NCBI GenBank assembly: GCA_029860045.1
Contig: JAOUBY010000003.1
Coordinates: 65 to 64,064 of the forward strand
Direction of reading: 5' to 3'
Length of the DNA stretch: 64,000 nucleotides
Origin: Gammaproteobacteria bacterium
GTDB taxonomy: Bacteria > Pseudomonadota > Gammaproteobacteria > UBA9214
Shown here: positions 53,657 to 62,110 of the stretch, in pieces
Position numbering within the stretch: the first letter of the stretch is position 1
Layout: each line of letters begins with the position of its first letter
The notes under the pieces: model-generated
What the model was told of the DNA's origin: nothing
The model's database searches: none
Seen by the model: the letters and a program-made list of their open reading frames with translations, nothing else
Made by a program: the position numbers and the translations under genes

Positions 53657-54865
53657 ATGAATATCGTCAAGCTGGCCTCGCTGCCGTTCCGCTATCGTCC
53701 CTGGCAACCACGCCATGCCAGGCTTATCGCTGCCGACATTTTCAGGACGGCTGGCGGGCAGCAACTGGAACACCGGATCCATTTGCAGGGTGCTATCGAG
53801 TGGCTCTGCCGGGCTCAGAACGCGAGGGACGGCAAGCATGATGATGGGGGTGTGTCTGCCGGCTGGAGTTTCGAGGACGGCTGGCTACCCGGTTACCCGG
53901 AGACCACGGGCTATATTATCGAAACGTTTCTCGCCGCTGCGGATATTCTTCAGCGACCGGAACTGGTTGGGCGTGCGAGGCGAATGATCGACTGGGAACT
54001 TTCCATTCAACTGTCTGACGGCGCGTTTCCCGGGCATTTCGGCGAGGCAGGCAGCAGACCGGTTATCTTCAATACGGGGCAGATCATGCATGGACTGGTC
54101 GCCGGGTATACCCGACTGGGGCGGGAAGAATGCCTGGAGTCGGCCGTGCGGGCCGGCCACTGGCTCAGACAGCAGCAGGATGATGATGGCTGCTGGCGAA
54201 AATTTGAGCATAATAATTTTCCTCACGTTTACAATACACGTGCTACCTGGGCATTGCTGGCAACGGGTTTGCTGGCCGGGGACAAGGATTTGGTCGTGGC
54301 CGCGAAACGCAACCTGGAATGGGCGCTTACACAACAAACAGGTTCCGGATGGTATGCCACCAATGCCTTTGATCCATCCCGTTCACCGTTCACCCATACC
54401 ATCGCGTATGCGATCCGCGGGTTCCTTGAATCCGGGCAATTGCTTGATGAGGATCGCTATCTGCATTCTGCCCTCAAGGCGGGCAAGGCAATGGCGGGTG
54501 TACAGCGCGAGGATGGTTGGCTTGCAGGTACCTACAAGGATGGCTGGGTAGCGGATGCCAGCTACTGTTGTCTCACGGGCCTGGCACAGATGAGCCTGAA
54601 CTGGATACGGCTCGCGCAGATCACCGGAGATGACAGTTTCCGCAACCATGCGCAGGCGGGGCTGGCCTATATCAAGGCAACCCAGAAGCTGGAGGATTCG
54701 GATGATGCGGTGCGCGGTGGCATCGCCGGCTCCTTTCCCATCTGGGGAGATTATTCCCGCTTCGAGTACCCGAATTGGGCGGCAAAGTTTTTTTCCGACG
54801 CACTGATGATGGATTTGACTGATGCGGCAGTGCCGCCAGTCCCGGTAGTTGAGAGCGTGCAATAG
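53657..54865 (+). CDS. Alpha/alpha-toroid repeat protein (squalene-cyclase/LanC/glycosidase-like fold), function unknown
   Basis: Repeated aromatic-Gly/Trp motifs (DGGVSAGWSFEDGW, DGAFPGHFG, DDGCWRKFE, GSGWYATNAF, EDGWLAGTYKDGW) typical of prenyltransferase/terpene-cyclase alpha-toroid repeats. Confidence 0.4.
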   Translation: MNIVKLASLPFRYRPWQPRHARLIAADIFRTAGGQQLEHRIHLQGAIEWLCRAQNARDGKHDDGGVSAGWSFEDGWLPGYPETTGYIIETFLAAADILQRPELVGRARRMIDWELSIQLSDGAFPGHFGEAGSRPVIFNTGQIMHGLVAGYTRLGREECLESAVRAGHWLRQQQDDDGCWRKFEHNNFPHVYNTRATWALLATGLLAGDKDLVVAAKRNLEWALTQQTGSGWYATNAFDPSRSPFTHTIAYAIRGFLESGQLLDEDRYLHSALKAGKAMAGVQREDGWLAGTYKDGWVADASYCCLTGLAQMSLNWIRLAQITGDDSFRNHAQAGLAYIKATQKLEDSDDAVRGGIAGSFPIWGDYSRFEYPNWAAKFFSDALMMDLTDAAVPPVPVVESVQ

Positions 54866-54884
54866 CTTGGACAGGCTTCGGATT

Positions 54885-55676
54885 ATGGTTCTTTGTGGCC
54901 GTTCGCCGCGGCATCTTTATGTGGCCAACGCATTGTGTCAGGCCGCAGAGGTGCTTGCCATTGTGCAGGAGACCGGCAGCGAGTGGGACATGCGAAAACT
55001 TTTCAGGATATTGCGGCCAGATAATTTTTTTCGTAAATCGTGGCGCTGGCTCAGGGATCGTCGGCGTTATTACGGCAATCCTGAGGCAAGATATTTTTTT
55101 GCTGAAGAAGCATCGAAGCTGGGTCAACCGGAGCTGGTCAATGAAGTGCCTTATATCAATCACCCGGACGTGGTGCAGCTTGCCAATAAACTGAAGCCTG
55201 ACCTGATTGCTGTATTCGGCACATCGCTCATCAGGGGTGATTTGCTGCAAAAAGGCCGGCTCGGTATCGTTAATTTGCACGGCGGATTGTCACCGCAGTA
55301 CCGGGGTGCCGATTGCACTTTCTGGGCGCTTTTCAACAAGGAGCCGGAGAAAATAGGTTGCACGCTGCATTTCATCGATGCGGGTATTGATACGGGTCGG
55401 TTGATTGCGCATATAAGCCCGCAGGTGCGTCCCGATGACGATGAGTTGACCCTGTTCTGGCGGAGTGTAAAAGAAAGTGCAAATGTATATGCCGAGTTGA
55501 TGCGACGTCTCGCATGTGGCGAGAGTCTGGGGGCGCCCCAGCATGATATGGGATGCCTCTATCAGGTAAAACAGCGTGGCTTGCGCCACGAACGCAAGGT
55601 CGAGCAGATGTTGGCTGAGGGGCTGTTGCATGGTCGGGAACTGGGGTTGAGGATCAGATGGTTCCCGGCAGAATAG
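54885..55676 (+). CDS. Formyltransferase-domain protein (Fmt/PurN/ArnA-like N-terminal domain)
   Basis: DLIAVFGTSLIRGDLL...GIVNLHGGLSPQYRGADCTFWAL matches the formyl_trans_N core (HxSLLPxxRG-like). Start taken at ATG 54885, after the upstream stop. Confidence 0.7.
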   Translation: MVLCGRSPRHLYVANALCQAAEVLAIVQETGSEWDMRKLFRILRPDNFFRKSWRWLRDRRRYYGNPEARYFFAEEASKLGQPELVNEVPYINHPDVVQLANKLKPDLIAVFGTSLIRGDLLQKGRLGIVNLHGGLSPQYRGADCTFWALFNKEPEKIGCTLHFIDAGIDTGRLIAHISPQVRPDDDELTLFWRSVKESANVYAELMRRLACGESLGAPQHDMGCLYQVKQRGLRHERKVEQMLAEGLLHGRELGLRIRWFPAE

Positions 55677-55844
55677 TGCAGAACCAGGCAATAACAAGGT
55701 TTTATTGCCCTGGCGTGCACGGGTTATGGAAATGCAGGGGCTGGAGATATTCCAGGATTGTGAAAGCACTTCGTCTTTTTATACTGATCCGGCATTACAG
55801 TAGCTTTCTGCTGGCAGAGCCAAACTGATAACGGTACCTGTATC

Positions 55845-57161
55845 ATGCGCGATATCGTCCTGACAGCAATATTTTTCGGCATGCTTCCGTTCGTGTTTTC
55901 AAGGCCATTTGTCGGTATTTATATCTGGAGTTGGCTGGGGTTCATGAACCCACACCGACTGACATATGGCTTCGCCTATGAATTCCCTTTTGCCCAGATT
56001 GTTGCGATTGTTATTCTGGGTTCGATGTTGAAGTCAAAGCAACCCATGCGAGTACCCTGGACACGTGAAACAGTACTGCTGCTGATTTTCATAGCGTGGA
56101 TGCTGTTTACTACCTTTTTTGCCTTCAACAGCGATGGAGCGTGGGAGCAGTGGGACAAGGTCTGGAAAATTCAGTTAATGCTTTTTGTCACTCTAATGCT
56201 GATTGATACAAAACAAAAGCTCGATTGGCTGGTTTGGGTAATCGTGTTGTCCCTGGGGCTATATGGTGTAAAAGGCGGGATATTTACGATCGTAACTGGT
56301 GGAGCATTCCGCGTGCAAGGGCCGACGGGTTCCTTCATAGGGGGTAACAACGAGATAGGACTGGCCCTGATCATGACGATACCGTTGATGCGCTATCTGC
56401 AGTTGCAGGCAAAGAAAGTATGGATACACCAGGGTGTGACTGTGGCAATGTTACTTACGGGTATCGCTGTCATCGGTACCCAGTCCCGGGGGGCCTTGGT
56501 AGGAATGGTAGCCATGGGGACCTTTTTGTGGTTAAAAAGCCGCAACAGGCTTTTCACCTTGTTATCCATTCTTGTTGTTGTTGGTGCCCTGGCTGCTATC
56601 ATGCCGCAGGAATGGTATGACCGCATGGGCACAATAGAGCTCTACCAGGAGGACCGTTCGGCGCTGTCGCGTATCAATGCCTGGGGGATGGCATACAACA
56701 TAGCAGCCGCCCGAATAACCGGAGGTGGATTCGAAGCCTTCTATCCCTGGGCCATCAGACAGTACGCGCCGGATCCAACGATGGGCGCTGATGCGCACAG
56801 CATATACTTCGAGATTTTGGGCGAACACGGTTTTATCGGGTTCACCATGTTCATGCTGCTTGCCTGGTTTACATGGAATACCGGAAACCATGTCCGGCGC
56901 ATGAACAGGAGCAGACCCGAAACAAAGTGGGCCGCAGATCTGGCTGCCATGATTCAGGTCAGTTTGATCGGATACGCCGCATCCGGCGCCTTCCTGGGGC
57001 TCGCGTATTTTGATTTATATTACATACTCATTGCCATCATGGTGATATGCAAGATGAAGAGTATGGAAGAGCTTGCGCGCCTGGACGTTGTGCCTGGAAA
57101 AGGTATAACTGAACCTGGCAAACGACCTATGCATGAGACTGATGCACTGGTAAAAAATTAA
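55845..57161 (+). CDS. Wzy/O-antigen-ligase-like membrane protein (putative O-glycosylation ligase, exosortase A-associated)
   Basis: About 10 TM helices with a large loop near the C-terminal third carrying the Wzy_C-like region (GTQSRGALVGMVAMGTFLW); 438 aa. Confidence 0.8.
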   Translation: MRDIVLTAIFFGMLPFVFSRPFVGIYIWSWLGFMNPHRLTYGFAYEFPFAQIVAIVILGSMLKSKQPMRVPWTRETVLLLIFIAWMLFTTFFAFNSDGAWEQWDKVWKIQLMLFVTLMLIDTKQKLDWLVWVIVLSLGLYGVKGGIFTIVTGGAFRVQGPTGSFIGGNNEIGLALIMTIPLMRYLQLQAKKVWIHQGVTVAMLLTGIAVIGTQSRGALVGMVAMGTFLWLKSRNRLFTLLSILVVVGALAAIMPQEWYDRMGTIELYQEDRSALSRINAWGMAYNIAAARITGGGFEAFYPWAIRQYAPDPTMGADAHSIYFEILGEHGFIGFTMFMLLAWFTWNTGNHVRRMNRSRPETKWAADLAAMIQVSLIGYAASGAFLGLAYFDLYYILIAIMVICKMKSMEELARLDVVPGKGITEPGKRPMHETDALVKN

Positions 57162-57165
57162 TAAC

Positions 57166-59121
57166 GTGTATAGTCCGTATCAGGCAAAACTGCAGATGCA
57201 AGACACTACCGAAAGCGTGAGTCGCATGCCAGAACCAGAAAGCAGTAATAATAAAAAGACAATAACATTATATACGATAATTGCTTTCTTCTCGTTTGCA
57301 TTCATCTACTCACAGTACATGGACGGGCTGAACACCTCAGGCCTGTCTGGAGGGTTATCTCTTTATATTGACTTCTCATGCTGGCTGCATTTCCTGACTT
57401 TCTCGTCAATTGCATTTCTGGTTGTTTATTTTGTTGAAAGAATTCTGGAGCGAAGAAATAAACTGCGGCTGGTGTTATTTGCCGTTACCGGCTCTCTGTT
57501 AACGATTTATCTCTATGTAGACAGCAAGATCTACAGCACAATGAATCTGCATATTAACCGGTTCGTAATCGAGGCCCTTATGCAGGAAGATGCTCTGAAT
57601 GAGATTGGAGTATCACCGAAACTTCTGATTTTGACGGTATTGCCAGTATTCCTTTTTCTCGCTGCTCACTTCCTGATTTCACCACTGTCGAGGCTTCCGG
57701 TCGCAACAGTTAAGTTTGGCAGAAGGAATATTGTAATATTTTTTCTTGTGCTGGCTGCGCTTGTTGGTATCGACAAGTTATTGTTTTCCTATTTTTATTT
57801 CAAGGCACAACCATTCGTATTCCAGTTAAGGGAAGCCCCGCCAGCGTATCTTGTGCCTCACCCCTATCACATCAGCAAGTTATATGGTTATTTGCTCGGG
57901 AAAGATCCGAAGACAAGTTTCACCGAGCCGTTGGGTAGAGGTGCGGTTGCTTCTGAATCAGAACATCTGGATTACCCGGTCAATCCGCAAGGCGACGACA
58001 TTGCAACAATCCACGATTACAATATCGTGATGGTAGTGATCGAAAGTCTCAGACAACAGAATGTCGATTCACAAACAGCCCCTTTTTATACAAAACTGGC
58101 CAAAGAAACTATAGAGGCAAATAATCATTACACCGGTGGCAATACAACGCATTTCGGCATTTTTTCGCTGCTTTATGGCCTGAACCCCTATTATTTTCAT
58201 GATTTCCGGCTCAGCCAGGTGCCCCCTGTCGGGATATCCCTGCTCAGGGAAAATGGATATTCGGTTTATTCAACCACGGCAAGAACCATGCGCTGGTATG
58301 ACATGGATAAATTCATGCTGGGGAAGAATCCGGATACTTTCATTCCAAAGGATGGTGAGAACTACGAGAGAGACAAACAGGTAACTGACAGGAGTATTGA
58401 AATTGCCAGGGACCATGAGAAAACCGGGAAGCCATATCTAAACTTTATACTTTACTATACAACGCATGCTGACTATGAACATCCGGACGCACACACGATA
58501 TTTGAGCCGGAGATAAAAGGAAGAGTGGATTATTCTGACAAGGAATTAAGAGGCAGAGACAGGCAGAAACTGGTTAACAGGTATAAGAATGCCATCCATT
58601 ATGTGGATTCTGAACTTGAGCGACTGGTTACCGGGTTACGAAAAACCGGGGCCTGGGATAATACTATCCTGATAGTTACCAGTGATCATGGCGAGGAATT
58701 CTTCGAAGAAAACAGTTTCGGCCACAACTCAAATCTTAATGAATATCAGATGAGAGTGCCTCTATTAATGCATATACCAGGTAAGGGAAATGGCGATATC
58801 GAAAAGCTCACCTCTCACATGGATGTTATGCAAACTGTTCTTGGGGAGATATTCAATACAACAATTGAAGAGATGCCATTTCAGGGCAGAAATATTCTGT
58901 CAGATGATGCTGGTGTCGTTTATGTCGCGAAGGCGCATTATCAGAGGCCCGGCGCATATGCAATACTGGGTGATGAACAGAGGGTCGACGTTAATTTGCA
59001 TGGTGGTTTCCTGGAAATAGAATCAGTGTCATCCGAAGGGGAGGCGAGTAAGGATGGTGATAGTGAGATGCGTCACGGAATGATCGGTTTGCTGAAGCAA
59101 ATACAGGAACTGAGAAAATGA
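57166..59121 (+). CDS. Membrane-anchored sulfatase/alkaline-phosphatase-superfamily enzyme (LtaS/phosphoethanolamine-transferase-like); start uncertain (GTG 57166 or ATG 57196)
   Basis: N-terminal multi-TM region. Catalytic domain motifs NIVMVVIESLR (metal and nucleophile region) and TSDHGEEF (sulfatase signature SDHGE). Confidence 0.75.
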   Translation: MYSPYQAKLQMQDTTESVSRMPEPESSNNKKTITLYTIIAFFSFAFIYSQYMDGLNTSGLSGGLSLYIDFSCWLHFLTFSSIAFLVVYFVERILERRNKLRLVLFAVTGSLLTIYLYVDSKIYSTMNLHINRFVIEALMQEDALNEIGVSPKLLILTVLPVFLFLAAHFLISPLSRLPVATVKFGRRNIVIFFLVLAALVGIDKLLFSYFYFKAQPFVFQLREAPPAYLVPHPYHISKLYGYLLGKDPKTSFTEPLGRGAVASESEHLDYPVNPQGDDIATIHDYNIVMVVIESLRQQNVDSQTAPFYTKLAKETIEANNHYTGGNTTHFGIFSLLYGLNPYYFHDFRLSQVPPVGISLLRENGYSVYSTTARTMRWYDMDKFMLGKNPDTFIPKDGENYERDKQVTDRSIEIARDHEKTGKPYLNFILYYTTHADYEHPDAHTIFEPEIKGRVDYSDKELRGRDRQKLVNRYKNAIHYVDSELERLVTGLRKTGAWDNTILIVTSDHGEEFFEENSFGHNSNLNEYQMRVPLLMHIPGKGNGDIEKLTSHMDVMQTVLGEIFNTTIEEMPFQGRNILSDDAGVVYVAKAHYQRPGAYAILGDEQRVDVNLHGGFLEIESVSSEGEASKDGDSEMRHGMIGLLKQIQELRK

Positions 59122-59323
59122 CCGACGTGCCGGTACCGGCTTGACGGCAGCGCCTGCCAGTTTGGCTTCAAGCCACGAATGTTGTGATTTTAAAAACCCG
59201 GTTACAGAGATTCTCACACAGAAAATTTATCTTCATATAGTTACACAGGGTGTTTTTCCAATGTGTGCACCATTCGGGAATTTCTATGATATTGGCTGAG
59301 TACGCCACTTCAGAACTCACTAT

Positions 59324-60340
59324 ATGACGACTTCAGCTACAACTGCCGTATCAACCAGTGGGAAAGGTCTGATTATCGGCCTCCTGGTGTTGCTTGGCGT
59401 AGAGTTATACCTGCACAACGATGACTTTCTTTATCGTTACCGCTCGGTTTTTGCAGTGGGGCGGGCGGCTGACAAAATCACCCACGTAGTAGAGGTGCAG
59501 CCAACCATCGTGTTTATGGGTAACAGCCGGGTGGACAACGGGGTTGAACCGGAACTGGTATCTTCCATTCTGAACCTGCGTCGGGGAGAGGTTTTTAACC
59601 TCGGCATTCCTGGACAGAACACTCGCGTGCTTTCCGGCGTGGTGCGTGAACTGGAACGCAGGGGTGCGTTATCGGCAGTCCAGTTGCAATGCGTCATGAT
59701 TGGCCTGGATGCCACCTTTTTTTACCCGGCAGATGAACTGAACTATTCTGTATTTTTTGCTGATCGCTGGGAGATGGCTGCCGCCGGCGAGTACCGTGAT
59801 CTGCTTTCGTCGGTGTTCCGGCTATGGGGCTTCTCGCCCAATCTTAAAGGGTTGCGGGAGCCTGCGCGTATACAGGACTTTATTGCGGCTACACTGACCG
59901 ACCGGGATCCCTGGGGTGGCAGCGTCCAGGATAATCTGGGCTTTCGCGCCAAGCACGAGCGACTGACCCCGGCGCAGAGCAACGAGGTGCCGGAGCAAGA
60001 GGCGCCAGGGGCGCTGGACATCCAGGCCCGTGTCTACCTGCTTGCTGCCATCGACCGGCTGCTGGCGCGTGGCATCAGTGTGGGCGTGTTTTTTACGCCG
60101 CAGTACAGACGCAGCAATGAGTTCGAGTGGAACGGACCGGGTAGTGATACCTACAGACAGTTGCTGGCAGACATCCAGGACCGGGGTGTGGCGCTGGTTC
60201 ACGTGGCGGATCTGGGAACGTACGGGGCTGATCTGTTCTCGAATCCGGGTCACCTGAACGAGGCGGGGGCCCGCCGCTATTCCACCGCGCTGGCGCAGGC
60301 CATGCATGGCCGGTGCCCCGCTACTGGTGCAACGCAGTGA
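59324..60340 (+). CDS. N-terminally anchored periplasmic protein, probable MBOAT partner (AlgJ/AlgX/DltD-like role inferred)
   Basis: Single N-terminal TM (LIIGLLVLLGVELYL); ends in a GTGA overlap with the MBOAT gene, suggesting translational coupling. No confident family match by eye. Confidence 0.45.
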   Translation: MTTSATTAVSTSGKGLIIGLLVLLGVELYLHNDDFLYRYRSVFAVGRAADKITHVVEVQPTIVFMGNSRVDNGVEPELVSSILNLRRGEVFNLGIPGQNTRVLSGVVRELERRGALSAVQLQCVMIGLDATFFYPADELNYSVFFADRWEMAAAGEYRDLLSSVFRLWGFSPNLKGLREPARIQDFIAATLTDRDPWGGSVQDNLGFRAKHERLTPAQSNEVPEQEAPGALDIQARVYLLAAIDRLLARGISVGVFFTPQYRRSNEFEWNGPGSDTYRQLLADIQDRGVALVHVADLGTYGADLFSNPGHLNEAGARRYSTALAQAMHGRCPATGATQ

Positions 60341-61779
60341 TCTTCAGCAGCTTCTCCTTCATCCTGTTTTTTCTGGCGTTGCTGGCGATTTACGCCCGGT
60401 TGACCTCGGTCAAGCAGCGTTCCGGGCTCCTGCTGGCGGGCAGCATCCTTTTCTATGCGTCATGGGAACCTGTTTATCTGCTCCTGCTTGGCAGTTCCCT
60501 GCTCATTAATCACCGGCTGTATCTTCACATCCTGGAGCGGCGGTCCCGCTCCTGGGTTTTGCTGGGCATTGTCATCAACCTGGCGGTGCTGGGAGCGTTC
60601 AAATATCTCGGCCTGGTATTCGAGACCGGGTCCTGGTTTGCGCATCTGTTCGATAACAGTGTAGTAGTGGCCCGGCCCGAATGGGCGAACTGGGTGCTGC
60701 CCCTGGGGATCAGCTTCTTCACGTTCCAGATGCTCAGTGCGCTTATCGATGCGTACCGCGGGGAGTGGAAGCGGGCGGTGGGCTTTCGCGAGTGGTGCCT
60801 GTACGTGACCTTCTTCCCGCAACTGATTGCCGGGCCCATCGTGCGGCCTCACCAGCTTTTCGATCAACTGGAGGGGCTCCGACCACTGTCGTCTGCCAAT
60901 CTGAGGATCGGGGCAGTGATCTTTGCAGGCGGGCTCATCAAGAAATCCGTGTTTGCCGACAACCTTGGCCCTATCGTAGACCGACTGTATTCCCATCCGG
61001 AGCAACTGGATTTCTTTCTGTCCTGGCTCGCCACCACAGCGTTCGGGATGCAGATTTACCTGGATTTTTCCGGGTACAGTGAGATGGCTATCGGGTTGGC
61101 CTGGATGCTGGGTATAACGTTACCGCGGAACTTCCTGTACCCCTATATCAGTCGCAACTTCAGCGAGTTCTGGACTCGCTGGCACGTGACACTGTCGTGC
61201 TGGCTGCGGGACTATCTGTACATCCCTTTGGGGGGGTCGCGTTGTTCCCTGTCACGCACCTACCTCAACCTGATGGTTACCATGCTGCTGGGCGGATTGT
61301 GGCACGGGGCTGGCTGGACATTCGTATTTTGGGGTTTTCTGCACGGTAGTTATCTGGTCATTTATCACGCCCTGTCGCGTCTGTATGGCGCCTGGGGATT
61401 GGTGCGGGATCAGGGGCCGGGGCGCATTCTGTCCCTGCTGGGGTGGCCGCTGACCTTCGCGCTCACTTCGTTCACCTGGGTGTTTTTCCGCGCGCCATCC
61501 TTCGAGCGCGCCTGGACCACAAGCGGGACCATGCTGGGCCTGCTACACCCTGTCGGGGCACTGATCAGTGTGCGGACGTACGAGGTGGCGATGATCCTGG
61601 GTACCTTCGGACTGGTGCTGATGGAGCCGCTGATTGTGGGCTGGTTCGAGAAGAAGGGCGTTGATTGGTGGTGGGTGAAGGTGCCATTCGCTGTACGTGG
61701 TTTTGCCTATGCGGGCGTAACACTATTCGTGGTGATTATGGGCGGACACACCCAGAAGTTCATTTACTTCGATTTTTGA
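60337..61779 (+). CDS. MBOAT-family membrane-bound O-acyltransferase (AlgI/DltB-like)
   Basis: N-terminus MIFSSFSFILFF resembles AlgI; the conserved His motif is WHVTLSCWLRDYLYIPLGGSR. GTG start at 60337 overlaps the upstream stop. Confidence 0.9.
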   Translation: MIFSSFSFILFFLALLAIYARLTSVKQRSGLLLAGSILFYASWEPVYLLLLGSSLLINHRLYLHILERRSRSWVLLGIVINLAVLGAFKYLGLVFETGSWFAHLFDNSVVVARPEWANWVLPLGISFFTFQMLSALIDAYRGEWKRAVGFREWCLYVTFFPQLIAGPIVRPHQLFDQLEGLRPLSSANLRIGAVIFAGGLIKKSVFADNLGPIVDRLYSHPEQLDFFLSWLATTAFGMQIYLDFSGYSEMAIGLAWMLGITLPRNFLYPYISRNFSEFWTRWHVTLSCWLRDYLYIPLGGSRCSLSRTYLNLMVTMLLGGLWHGAGWTFVFWGFLHGSYLVIYHALSRLYGAWGLVRDQGPGRILSLLGWPLTFALTSFTWVFFRAPSFERAWTTSGTMLGLLHPVGALISVRTYEVAMILGTFGLVLMEPLIVGWFEKKGVDWWWVKVPFAVRGFAYAGVTLFVVIMGGHTQKFIYFDF

Positions 61780-62110
61780 TCACCCGGAAGAAATCGTGCA
61801 GGAAATGCTGTTTTACAGAAGTGGCTTCCGGCCGGTGGAGTATTCACTATTATTCTGTCATGGACGATACAGGTTGAGCTTGTTCTGTTGCAGCCGAACG
61901 CAGGGAAAAGCGCATGCAGATGGTATACCTGTATCCGGTTTCTTCACTCATCAGGTTGGAATATTTATCAACAGTCCTGTCTTTGACTGGAGCGTAACGT
62001 TATGACAATATTAATGTTTTGTGGATAACGTGCCGATATTTACAAGGCTGCGTGCAAGCGCTCCTGGCGCTTTGTCATACTCTTCAAGATTAAGGCTCAG
62101 AGGTATTTGA

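Noticed and set aside
61796-62005. 69-aa ORF between the MBOAT gene and the E1 fusion gene
   Set aside because: No RBS and a low-complexity hydrophobic sequence. The region more likely holds the promoter and RBS of the E1 gene.
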